This document shows positions 10,901-23,035 of a stretch of 49,875 nt of DNA, one piece after another; position 1 is the stretch's first letter; every line of letters begins with the position of its first letter. The translations under genes and the position numbers were made by a program. Origin of the DNA: Asterionella formosa (taxonomy: Eukaryota); assembly GCA_002256025.1 (NCBI GenBank), contig NKIB01002172.1, positions 124,001 through 173,875 of the forward strand, in the 5' to 3' direction. The notes beneath the pieces were generated by a model that did not search any database, was not told where the DNA came from, and saw nothing but the letters and a program-made list of their open reading frames with translations.

Positions 10901-11448
10901 AGGCAAGGTACCGACAACGTGTTAAAGCACAAGAAACCCCACCTCAAACAGAAAGCTGCCGCAGCCCCACAAGTCCCGTTGGTCCTACCAATTTCGCAAA
11001 AGTTGGTGTTCAAATGGGCTTGACCAAAGTTTTTCTTCGACATGGCGCGTTTGAAACGCTCGAGAGAATACGCAGCCGCCACATTGCTACCCACGCGACA
11101 AAGCTGAATTCTGTTTTTCGAATGTACCTTTCACGCATGGCATATTTGCCAATTCGCGACGCGTTTCGTGAAGAGCGTCGTGGACGAGGTTTCCTTGAAG
11201 ACAATAAGGAGCACAAGGAAGAGCATCCTGATCGAGATCAGCCCAATCCCAATACCATCACGAGAACCAGTAGCAATCATTCAGCGATTCAGTTGATTAA
11301 GCAATTCGAAGCGCAATTCCGCCTAGGAATCCATAATCCATGTCAGCGGCTCAAAGAAAAAGGGCAGCAGTCTCCAGCCAAGATTTTTAAATGGATGCTG
11401 GTAGAGGGATTGTGGGTTAAGAACCCCATTTACATTGTTGAATCATGA
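7993..11448 (+). CDS. Myosin heavy chain (motor domain, one degenerate IQ, short tail)
   Basis: [12 protein letters not shown], P-loop [64 protein letters not shown]. Single long ORF. Confidence 0.97.
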   Translation: [1151 protein letters not shown]

Positions 11449-12053
11449 AGGTTTAGATGCTTATTTTACAACATTCTATACTACCGCAACATTCTATACT
11501 ACCGGTATTGATAGGACATTTAGAAGCATGTTCAACTATCAATGGTGTTTTGTCGCTTCACAAGAAGCCGATGCTCACCCGAGAAGCATTTTACCACCCT
11601 TTACCAATAATGCGTTGAGCATTCTACCTGTGTCTATTTATAGTCTCAACCCGGTTCGATTCGGCGTAATTAATGTTAAGTTCGACCATTTAACCCAAAT
11701 TGTTTGATCGGGGATAATGCCAAGTAGGTCCGACCGGTTTAGTCCACCCTGGCTGATCATTATCGCAGCCACCATGTCTATCACTCCACCCAATTTAAGG
11801 AGTTATTCGAAAGCACGTGACAACTAAAACATCAATCAACTACCGGTATGTAACATGAATCACAGCAAATGAACAAGAAGCAACAACAACTAGATGGTCA
11901 CTTATTGCTACTGTCTATTTTTATTAAGTCCACATAAAGGTTTCTCTTTTGCGCTGTGCTTGTTACTATAACTGTGACATGCATTCTAAAGATAAAACGT
12001 CGTCATAACCATTCCGCGTTACCAATCAACCGACCATCCATCTATCCAACATT

Positions 12054-13217
12054 TTATGCAACCTTTTTCTTTGCCTTTTTGGCTCCAGCAAAGTAACGGC
12101 CCACGAAGAATTGCATAAATAGGAACAAATAGCTTCCATACATGACAAATGCTGCCGTATTGTTTTCCCGTTCAATCTTACAATTTCCGTCAGGATCATT
12201 CATGAAGAAGTAAAATGCAACCAACGTTACCGCCACCCCGACAATCATTTGGCTTATTTGGAATGTAGTAATGATCATGGGATCGAACCACTTGGGACGC
12301 AGTTTTAGTGCCATGAGGGCATAATAGAAGTACATACTCGCGTGTACGGAGTAGTTCATGACAACAAAAAAGATTCCAGGTGGTGATGTGGTAACATAAG
12401 AATGCCAGCAGTAGAGCAGGACGGTAATGTGGTGGTACCAATGAAGGAAAATGAGTGGCTTCTTATGAATAATGATGAAAAAGGTGTCAAAGAGTTCACT
12501 GTGATGGGAGTGTTGCAAAGTGTGAGAACCGAATTCTTCGCCTCTGTGTAGGTTCTAGTCACCGCCCTAGCGGTAGTGTAATTGTACTCACGGAAATTTG
12601 CTCAAAATAAAGAGCTGTACCCACAAGCCTGTACTTCCACTTCCATAGGTAATTCTTGGATCAGTACATAAATTGTCCCTCAAGGAAAGAGTAGTCAAAT
12701 TATGCACTAACTGAGGAGCTGTTCTAAGCATGCCGATGGTTGAAAAAGCGGATAGGAACAAATTCCAGGCAGCCAATGTATTTCTCCACTTCCATGACTC
12801 TTTGTCTTTCAGCATGTACTGTCCCAGGAAAATCAAGACTCCGTAAAGCATAACTCCCACAATAGGAACAATGGGATGATCTCGCATCCAATTCAACACC
12901 GGAATGGGATCATATTTCTTTTCGAAGCTGTTGCCATGTTGGATCAAGGTGAAAGGGAGTCAGAAACCGTGGCAGAGATCATGGTCGATTTGGTAAGATC
13001 CAACCAAGTCACGCCAATCACGTGAAATTGTGTCATTGCTAAATAAATCGACACTTCCAAATCTGTTTGAAGTGTCGGCAATTTGGAACAACACTCTCGA
13101 AGGCGGAACTTACTCAAAGTAAAAACCTTCTAGCGCAGGATAAACACAAGAGAACTCTTCGTACTCGATGCCTTCGCCATTGACGGCGAAGCAGGGACTG
13201 CTATCTGAAACCAGCAT
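12054..13217 (-). CDS. Fatty acid elongase (ELO/GNS1/SUR4 family); 3 exons: 13217-13114, 12927-12592, 12498-12054
   Basis: SKFPELFDTFF, histidine box FLHWYHH, MNYSVHASMYFYY, TTFQISQM, C-terminal Lys-rich KKKVA. Two GT-AG introns give an 885-nt open frame. Confidence 0.94.
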
Positions 13218-13924
13218 TGTTTTTGTAGTTGTGACAGTATTTACAGGCGTCACTAATAACTGCCTAACCCTGGAGTACTTATTTGAATAAAGTGGAAGTA
13301 GTGTTTGTTGTGCCTTTTCAACGGTACTCCGAGTACGAGGTAATGGTGTACAAGGCTCCGGCCTGCCAGTACCTGCCTGGTACAGCTGTGTTCAGCTGCA
13401 GCACCGTGGTTGTCTGGTAAAGTACTGGGTATTGACACGATTGAGATTTTCGAAATTATAGGCAGGGAGGAGCAGCCAACGTGTGAAAGACAAGTTTTGT
13501 TCTTGGTTGCTCATCACGAGCTGTGTACGACCAAATTAGGCGCGAATAGTGCGCAAAGAAGGAAGCACAGTGGACGATAGCCGAGCCGGTGTTTCTCCTT
13601 CCTTCCCCTGTTGTCATGGATTCGTCCTCGGACAGACAATCCGTACGACAGCAAGAAGTTGAAGTCGAATCATACATGTCATACCTACCGTTACTATGCT
13701 CCCAGGTCCCAGGTACCGTACTATGGTACCTGGTACCTGGTACGACCAGCTCGTACCATACGACTGTTCACGAGAAGTGACATTCTGCCACTTCTTGTGC
13801 TTTGCCACTTTCCTGTGCATTTCGTAACCAACCAGTATTTGTCCTCATCATCGTCGGGGGATCAAAGGTACTATCACACTCGTTCTTGTCATCTATTGGA
13901 ATGCCACTTACGATTTATGCGACA

Positions 13925-15342
13925 ATGAACATCCTCCTTGCGCTCCTCCTTCCTACGCTGGCTTCCAGCTTCGCTGGTGGAATTTCCATGGCAGTCCAGC
14001 AACTCACAGTCGGCAAGGGAAAGACCAACGTGATTGCTGGCGCTACTGGATACATTGGAAAATCGGTGGTGAGAGAGTCGGTCAGACAAGGGTACAGAAC
14101 CATTGCCTTGGTGAGAGACACGAGCAAGATTGAAAGCGCGGATGGGAAGTTAATGTTCGGTGGATACTTTGATGGGGCAGAACTGATCGAATGTGATGTT
14201 TGCAATCCTAGCAATGTTGAGGAAGTAAGTGTCAGGATACCGTATTCTCTTGGCTTCACAAAAATCGACCTTGTGTAATGCCACCAACTGATCATTCCAT
14301 GTTCTAATTTGAACCTCCGTCATTCACATGCTGCATGTCCACTAATCTATTCTTCTAGGTGATGAAACAAATCACAGAAAAGGAAGGGACCAAAATAGAA
14401 TCCATCATTTCCTGCTTGGCCTCTCGGTCAGGCATCAAAAAGGACGCCTATGCTATCGACTATCAAGCCACTCTAAATTGCCTAAATGGTGGCAGAGCTA
14501 CGAAGGCCCGTCACTTCGTCATGTTAAGTGCCTTTTGCGTCAAGAACCCATGGCTACAATTTCAACAGGCCAAGTTAAAGTTTGAAGATGCCTTGACAAG
14601 TCAATCAGAAATGTCGTATACTATTGTGAGACCGACTGCCTTTTTCAAGTCAGTTTCCGGTCAACTTGAAGTTATTCAGAAAGGAGCGCCCTTCGTAATG
14701 TTTGGAGATGGTGAGGTCACGAGGTGTAATCCAATTGCGGAGGCGGATTTAGCTACATATTTGATTGATTGTATCGTTGACAAGAAACGAGAGAATGCTA
14801 TTATAAACTTGGGTGGACCTGATGAGCCTTTGACTATGAAGAAGCAAGGTGAAGTGAGTATAGGTAATGGTTGTGTCATCTTTTCTATGCTTTGTTTTCT
14901 GAATACTTCAATTGGGTCAGAACACGTGGTACTCACATATCCCTCTCATCACAGATGTTATACAAGGCGGTTGGCAAAGAACCCAACTTTTTCTACGCTC
15001 CCCTCTGGCTTTTTGATACTATTATTGATTCCCTACAATGGATTTCGGACACATTTAAAAGCGAAGCCTTCGAAAATGCTGCCGAATTGGGTCGGATTGG
15101 AAAATACTATGCAGTGGAGGACATGTTGACAACTGCTCCAGAGGAAAAGTTTGGAACAATCACATTGCAAGAGCATTATGACAAAATTGCCATAGAAGGA
15201 CAGGAATATGATCCCTACACTACCATGTAAGTATGAAGTGAGACGTGTACTGTACTTGAGATATGTATCATTTGAATGAATTACAAGCAGGAAACTCATC
15301 ATTTGCGTCAATTACAGGTTCGCATCAAAACCCAAGGCCTAG
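13925..15342 (+). CDS. DVR: 3,8-divinyl (proto)chlorophyllide a 8-vinyl reductase, plastid-targeted; exons 13925-14224, 14359-14853, 14955-15226, 15318-15342
   Basis: Signal + ASSF motif; Rossmann [63 protein letters not shown]. The last intron is optional (stop at 15230 if unspliced). Confidence 0.9.
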
Positions 15343-15460
15343 TGAAACATTTGGGTGCAGCTATAAGTGCTATACATAGTATAGTAGTAATAGGTGATTT
15401 CTGCATTGCTTCATCCCACTGTGACAGCACTGAAATGACAAATAATAATTTTCAAAACTA

Positions 15461-17895
15461 CCAGTTAAAAACTGTAAGCTACCGCTATGGTGACTTTTGA
15501 ACTGTAAACCACCGCTTAACAGAGTGAATGCACAGTTTGAACTTAGTTTGAAAGATATGCTATTTATTGTCACAAACAAGTTGTTGAGATTCATATAGCA
15601 AGTAAATATGTATGTACTTTTTTTGTTGCATTGTGTACATTGTTGATTAGATATTATCGCCCAAAGGTTGCTATTGATACGAAATTGTGGAAATTTTTTA
15701 ACATTAACTCTATTGAGCCAGCGTCACCTTTCATATACGTATTAAGGTATGGAATATTCTTCAGATAGAAAACAAGTTTAGCATCCCAAAATAGTTATTT
15801 AATATGGCTTTGACATCATTATTCTTTCGCTCATGCACCTTAAAAAAGTGATAAATTCACATTTGGAAAACATCAAATTGGAATTCCTGACACGCCCGAA
15901 TAATAGTACAAAATTGAAAAGGCATATACAACAATCACCCACAATACTAATCATCATGACATTAAAAGCACCTAAAAAGCAAGGAAATGCCTTGCCTAAA
16001 AAAATTGCCTTCTGAAGGGCTTGACAGCAGTCAGATTTGTCTTAACAATGTGATTAGGGAGCTAGAAGCTACTAAAAAGGCTAGTAAAAATGGTGGAAAA
16101 ATGCCTTGTGGTGCTATTTTTGATTTTCCCTTGGATATCTGTCAACCAAGTGAAAAATGAAAACGAAGTGCTAAACCTAGAAGTTAAGTCTACTACTATG
16201 ACGTACAAGGACCAGTCTGCGATATGGAAGAGAAACAATTGCCTGGATATTGCTGTGCTTTGGAAAACAACTCTACTTTCACTGCAGAGCTTCTGGTTGG
16301 AATGCTAAAGCACATGGACAACTCTGGCATATTTCCTCGAAACAATGGGCCCCCACCCTTCCTAATACATGATGGTCACAGGTCTCGATTTGACATTTTT
16401 TCCTCAAATGTTTACAACCCAGCTCACAATTGCACAGTCTGTATTGCTGGTGTTTCTTATGGTACAAGCTACTGGTAGGTTGGAGACAGTAGTGAGCAAA
16501 GCGGTTATTTCAAAATGAACATCTCAAAAGCAAAACGCGAATTCCTTAAAAGTAGATCACAGGCAAGAACTTACAATTAACAAAGTTGACATTGTTGGAC
16601 TGGTGGTGAATATGGCATCGGGAAATTCCTTTGCAAATATTGCGACAAAAGGAAAGTGTTTTGTTTCATGGTTCACCCTAAACTATAATGTCTTGCTGCA
16701 CCCTGAGATTCAATTGACTCAACCACAACAGAACATCATTGCGCACACAGAGACTACTGCTGCCCTCCCTCCTGATGAGTTGAACCTTCATACTGGCTTT
16801 GCTGGAACAAATGTTGGAAGAATTAACGAGTTTTGCAAACATGAGGATGTGTGAACCAGGAGGCCCAAGCTAGAAAGAGAAAGGAGACAGCAGATGCCCA
16901 CATCGAAGGACACACGAAAATGATAAACAGTAGTAGGACTACTGCTGGCCTCTGCACAAACATTTGCCCTTGGACCAAATATTCTTGCTGCTGCATTAGA
17001 ATGGAAGCGAAATTTCGACATTGCTATTAGTACAAAAGAAAACAAAAAGGCAAAAAGAATTCCATACTCTTCGAGAAAAAAATTACATTGAAGGGACAAA
17101 CAAAACAAAACAAAACAAAAGAAGAATTGTCAGTGTCAGAACTGAAATTGATTGTGCGTTTTTACAAAGAATCAGGTGATTTGCCTGTTCCACAAACTAA
17201 TTACAAGATTCGATGACATCAATCACCATTTTGACCACCACCAGCTGCCATTATCTCTCTATGCACCTCCTCCTGCTGTGATTGTTGTTGTTGCTGCTGC
17301 TTTGTCTGCTGCACATCCTCCTGTTGCAGTTTCTGCTACTGGTCCTACTAACGATCCACCAATCTGTGATGAAGTTTGAGACTCTGCGAGTAATTGAATG
17401 AGAAGCTCGTGATTTATGTAATTCATCAGAAGATTTCTCTGACAATGATGCTGCCCTGCAAAATTGTATAACGTAAAGTACTAAGAAAAAGAATTCACAT
17501 AGTATAAACGGAGTAAAAGTAAACACAGTTTTGGGGGGGGGGGGGGGGAGTTTTTTTTATTTAGGCATAATATATTTTTTTTTTTTTAACCCCCCGCCCC
17601 CCCCCCCCCCCTCCCCCCCCCCCCCCCCCCCCGCCCCCCCCCCCCCCAATATTTTCATATGCAGATAAAATATTATGTACTGTAAGCCACCGCTCTGCGG
17701 CAATCATAGTGAGTTGGGAAATTTTTTATCTTCATGGCTCAATACACAGAATCAAAACTGATTGCTTAAAAGTATAGCAGAGAGAATCTTCTAACATATA
17801 CTTTATGCTTGCATAAAGTTTTGATCGTTGTATTTAATAAATACTTTTAGTCGGAAGATAGAGTAAAATAGCAGTGGCTTACAGTTTTAAACTGG
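15461..17895 (+). mobile_element. Decayed pogo/Tc1-mariner-type DNA transposon with terminal inverted repeats
   Basis: Left TIR CCAGTTAAAAACTGTAAGCTACCGCTAT (15461-15488, preceded by TA) matches the reverse complement of 17868-17895 at about 25/28. Subterminal CTGTAA(A/G)CCACCGCT copies near 15503 and 17681. Frameshifted DDE_1-like fragments (PFLIHDGHRSRF, GVSYGTSYW*VGDSSEQ) at 16224-16560. Confidence 0.8.
17532..17647. repeat. Poly-G, poly-T and poly-C low-complexity tract
   Basis: A long G run, T runs, then about 55 nt of nearly pure C. Confidence 0.9.
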
Positions 17896-18275
17896 TGCAC
17901 AAATCATCTTTTAAAAAGCAACCATGGCAAAATTTTGCTTTATTGGCAGTCTGTACCTTCAATATGTAATAATCAAATGTTTGCCATCCAAGTACTTTCT
18001 AGCTTTCTTGAGTGAAAACCATAAATGGCTCTCCATATCATATCGGATACAGAGAGGTCAAAATACATGCTGTAGAATTTTGTATTCCCACTGAGGCAAA
18101 ACCGCGGTTTCCAAAAGTGCTGTTTCAAAACCAAAATGAAGACACAATGTAGCCGCACAAATTTGAATTCATCATAACGCCATAGCAGTAAACAATTTCA
18201 AAAAGGGCAACGCTAATACATAGTTGAATAAATATAAACCGCCCAACGAATACAAATACTTAAAATTTGATAACT

Positions 18276-20380
18276 CTATGAAAAATTGCAATTTGTGCAA
18301 CATTCTGGATATAAACATATGATTTGGGCAGTAATGCCACCGCAATCGGCCTGAAGTGACATCAAATCCGTATTCCGAAGGTTGCAGATCGCCGATGGCA
18401 TTGATCCTGATACTCCAGTTCCCTGGAGTTTCAATGATGTTAAAACTGTCAGCAATCCCAATTCGGATGGAATAGTATCATTTAAACCAGCATTATTCGA
18501 CAGAAGAAGATTTGTGAGCATAGTCAGAAGACCAAATTCGGATGGAATGCTCCCTTGAAGCGAGTTCCCATCTAAAGTCATGAAAGCTGAGAAAAATTGG
18601 TCTGAAAGTGAGAAAGCAATATTGATCTACCGAACGATTCTTGAATCAGGGAATAATACTTACACAATTCAACACATTTACCGAATGACGTCGGGATGGT
18701 TCCAATAAGTCCTGCAGAAAAAGCCGCGAATTCGGCTATTTAATAATAGAAAGCAGAGTCAGATATTAATCGTCATGCAAGAGGCTCAAGAAATAAAATC
18801 AGGAACAACTCACATAGCTTCTTCCAATTCCCTAACTCATTTGGAATCGACCCCGCAGAGCCTCGTACCCCCATCCCCCATGAAAATGTCGTCATTTCGG
18901 TAAGCATGCCCAGCTCGGAAGGCAATGGACCGCTGAATTTGTTATTGGCAAGTGTGAAGCTTTTGAGCATACTGCTCCGGGAAATTTCAATAGGGATGGT
19001 GCCTGTGAATAAGTTATTGCCAGCATCCAAAGAACTCAATTTTGGCCAATTAAGAGCAGTGTCTAAGATTGGACCTGAAAATTGGTTACTGGCAAAAAGA
19101 GCTTCGACGAGACTAGTCAAGTTCTTCATAGTCTTGGGAAGACTTCCAATAAATGAGTTGTCATCAAAATTAATTTGTCGCAAGTTGGAAAGGTCGCCAA
19201 TAGCGTCTGGCAGAACTCCACTCATTGCAGTTCCGTGAATGTCCAACTTTTCAAGACTTATCATTTGAGTGAGAATTGTGGGGAACACGTCTTCACTCAA
19301 AGCGTTTTCAGAAACATCAAATTCAAGCAACCGACTGAGCATTGATAGTTCCCTGACAAGAGTTCCCACCATTCCAACTTTATGGAGCGTTAAATTGCTC
19401 ACTGCATTAGTCACATCACAAACTACATAATCCCAATCGCACTCGCTCACTCCAGAGCCCCACTTTACTCCATCACGATAAATCCAGCTCTTTCCGTGAT
19501 TTTCAAAGTACATTGTCATGAGAATGAATCTCTGCATCAAGGTGGGGTCGTGTAAATCCAAGAATAATTCATCCTCGTAGACTAACCAGTTCAAAGATTG
19601 GGACTGCGCTGAATCTGGATTCTCTAATGCTTGATAGCCAGTAATATTTGCAATCGCACTCCGAAAAGAGTCATAAAGCGGCATTCTAGGCGAGGTCGGG
19701 GCCATTGTTGGTGGTGGAGGTGCTGATTTGACCAATGCCAATGGAATGCTCACTCCCAAGAGGACCACCACTAATAAGCAGCCTCCAGCGTATAGGGCTG
19801 TCTTGTCGATGGACTTCCAAAACGTTTTCTCCTCTGGAATCAACTCCCTGCTCACGGTCGGAATTCCAGTGTCCACGACTAACCCTGAATGAGCTCGTCC
19901 CATGCCTCGAGCCCGCTGTATGAATCCACCGGTAAACCATCCACCAGTTTTTGACCCTTTGACAGAGAAAGCTCCTGGTAATTTGGGTACAGCAGCTGCG
20001 CCGTCTTTTTTTTCCTTACCGTCCTCACCTTTCTTCTCTTTATCTTGTTTCATTGAACGAACTTGTTGGTTGAAGTAGTCGTCTGGGTTAATTTCTTGCT
20101 CATCTTCCTCGTTGACAAAGAGGTCATTCTGGACAAAGTGCGACTGCGATACCTTTTTCTGTAGGGCGGGGTCGTCTCCCACACCTTGAATAGCCCCCAC
20201 GGCAGCCGTTGGTGCAGCACGACTTGCCTTGCGAGCCACTCTTGAATCATCCGTCGCAACTACGGCACCCACCCCAGCCGCCGCAATTTTTTTCGCAATC
20301 TTGCTGTCCTTGTTGCGACTTACTGTCACTGTCCCTGGTTGCGCTGGTTCCTCGACCGATATTTGCACTAGACCCTGCAT
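18276..20380 (-). CDS. Single-pass membrane leucine-rich-repeat protein; exons 20380-18814, 18735-18664, 18586-18276
   Basis: PGAF motif, TM helix ALYAGGCLLVVVLLGVSIPLAL, SAQSQSLNWL / QRFILMTMYF / ECDW..VVC cap, plant-type LRRs (LxxNxFSGxLPSELG), C-terminal ADC...CCTNC. Two in-frame GT-AG introns. Start uncertain because the frame is open further upstream. Confidence 0.9.
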
Positions 20381-20759
20381 TACGACGGTGGAGCGAGCGT
20401 CCTTGCTGAATTTGCGAGTAACGCGAACGTCGGTTTTCAGATGAGGCAGTAGTCCCGACACCGCTAGCTTGAAGTTTGCGGTTCGTCTGTGAAAAAATGT
20501 TGCAGCATACCTATGAATGATGAAGTCATTTAATGGTGAACGTCAACAGTGGTACCTGGTACCTGGTAGTACCAGGTACCAGGTATGTTGGAAGATACAT
20601 ATGTCCAATACGTAGGTATGTGCCAGTACTTCAAGATATGGATTTATGACAGACAGCATTCTACTACCTGGTACCAGCAGTATGCTGACCCAACAAGGAA
20701 TGCAATAAATTTATATGGCTGGGTGCATGATCGAAGAACATACCGGTATACTGGAAGCT

Positions 20760-23035
20760 CTCGTAGGCCTGGTTCAAACCGCTATTTCTAAAAATATAGC
20801 TAAAAATTTTTGCGCGATGAATCTCTTGTTGTTACAACCATCACCATGTTGATTGCACTCGGTTGGTTCCCTTTGCTTCCCTTCAGTGCCCTGTGTTTTG
20901 CGATAAGTATTAGAACCGTGATCATAGTGCTGATCGGAAACCAAACTGCAAAACAAAAACAGATGACATCAAACTTTCAGTTGTTTGGACGATATTTTCT
21001 TTGCTGATGGCGGAGTCATCACTACGTGGCTGGGAACTGGATTTTGTGGAGATGTTCCTGATGATTGCGATGTCTATGAAGACTTATCAGCAAGACCAGG
21101 AGTTGTTGAGGACAGTGAAATAAACAACATCAGAGAACAGTTCCTTCTGACCTATGGTTTGACAAAGATCTCAATTTGTACAATTGCAAGGTGGATACAT
21201 GCAGTTGGATTCAACTATGAGACTCAAAGGAAACATTACTTTGTCGATGGTCATGAGAAGGCAGACACCTTAGCCTACCGTCGAATTTTCATTGCTGAAT
21301 ACTTCAAGCAAGAGGTTAATGCTCCAAGGTGGGTACATTTTACAGCAGAAAAATCTAAACTTCTAGAGTCACAACAAGGTTTAGTTGTCAAGAATACTGG
21401 ATTTCATTACAGTGACCATGATGGAATCTCTATGGTAGAATATCATGCAGACAACTTTGATACCTCACCGGATCTTCCAATGGGAGGCAATTGTAGTGTG
21501 CGAAAGAAAATGACGAGCAAACTGTTATGATTGTTGGACAGGATGAAGCAATATGCAAATAATTCTTGTTGAATTCCAAGATGTGGACAGGTCCAAATGG
21601 CAAGAGACCCCTACTACCAAAAGATGAGGGTGCTGGAGTAATAATCAGGTCATTTATCACTTGAGAGAATGGCTTGATAAGAGAAATCGATGACAATGAT
21701 CTTCTTACAATGGTCAATGCCAATAGACTTGGAGCAAGTTATGCAGATGAGAAAGCTGCAATTTGATGTACATCGGACCAAAAAGAAGAAGCTATTGACA
21801 AGAAAAATTCTCCATTCTTAGTCTATTTTGATTATGGAGAAAATCGGGATGGCTACTACTGGAATTACAATCACATGGTGTGTCAATTCGAAGGCACAAT
21901 TGATGTACTAAAAGTGATGCATCCACACTATAAGTTTGTTTATGTATTTGACCATTCAAGTGGACACAGCAAACATAAACCTGATGGATTGAGTTCAATC
22001 AGGATGAAAAAACCTTTTGTGGAAAAGGGTTGACCATGCAATCTACAATCATTGAACAAGAAGCAGGATTCCTTGGCCCGTTTCAAGAAAAATTACAGCC
22101 TGGTCAAACAAACACCTAACATTCCAACCTGATGATGTTGGCCCATGTTGGATGACTCCTGCTGAACAAGAAGCAAGTCGACATGATACCGTCATTGGAT
22201 TACCCAAGGAAATTCAAAGAAGTCGTGCCCAATTAATATTCGATCTTGCTGCTAAGGGAGCCAATACCAAAGGGAAGAATAAAAGCGATCTGGTGCTCCT
22301 CTGTCCACAACATCAAGTGCCAACATCGACACAAATTTCAAGGGTCAAGGAGAGTTGGGAAGGAAAATCTGAGGGATTGATTCAAGTGCTTTGGGAAAGG
22401 GGATTAATTGATGGAACAAAGTTGAATAGCTACACACTTACTGGTCGAAAAGATGCATTTGGCCTAATAGAGTGCAACACTAGTCTTCGACATCTTATGT
22501 ATGTCCTTGTGTTCTGACTTCTTGAATGAACAAGGCCTGATGCAATATATTGGGACCAAACTTGGAGTGTAAGTAATGCTAAACTCCAAAATGCCATGCC
22601 GAGATAGCTGGTGGGGAAGGTGTGGAATACATCATGTGGGCATGTGCCAAAGGCACATACCGGAACCTGGCACTGAAGGAAAAGAAGGGGAAATCGAATT
22701 TCATGGCAAGTGTTAGTAGAACATGTTTGTCAGCAGAAGTGATTACAGGAGCCCGAATGTTGGCTTACCATGCTCTTGATTCTGGCTTATTTGAACCAGA
22801 ACTGCAACAGCAGCGATCCAAGGATGGCCATGTCGAAATCGACGATCTTATAAAGAAGATGAAGATACATCGATGTGCCTTGGACTTCGATTACAAGTTT
22901 GTAATGAATGTAGATGAATAAAGCGATCGCTGATGTTGTTATATGCTTGTCAACATTACATAAACTCATGCACGCATATATTTATCCATAAAATATTCCC
23001 TATGCTAATTATCTATCATACTAGGGCTACGGTGG
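20760..23035 (+). mobile_element. Decayed DDE transposase element (IS630/Tc1-like relic)
   Basis: Interrupted fragments ISICTIARW, YFVDGHEK, GQDEA, LPKDEGAG, FDHSSGH, GLIQVLWERG, PKCHAEIAG.EGVEY.WACAK with many stops and frameshifts. Ends are tentative (weak TCGTAGGCCTGG / CTAGGGCTACGG inverted match). Confidence 0.75.

Noticed and set aside
13589..13928. Short ORFs containing VPGT/WYLVPG peptides (also near 7114, 34054, 48057)
   Set aside because: Translations of the GGTACC(A/T) arrays, not proteins.
17532..17647. G-quadruplex or functional G/C switch
   Set aside because: Homopolymer runs inside a dead transposon; may be low-quality sequence and cannot be supported.
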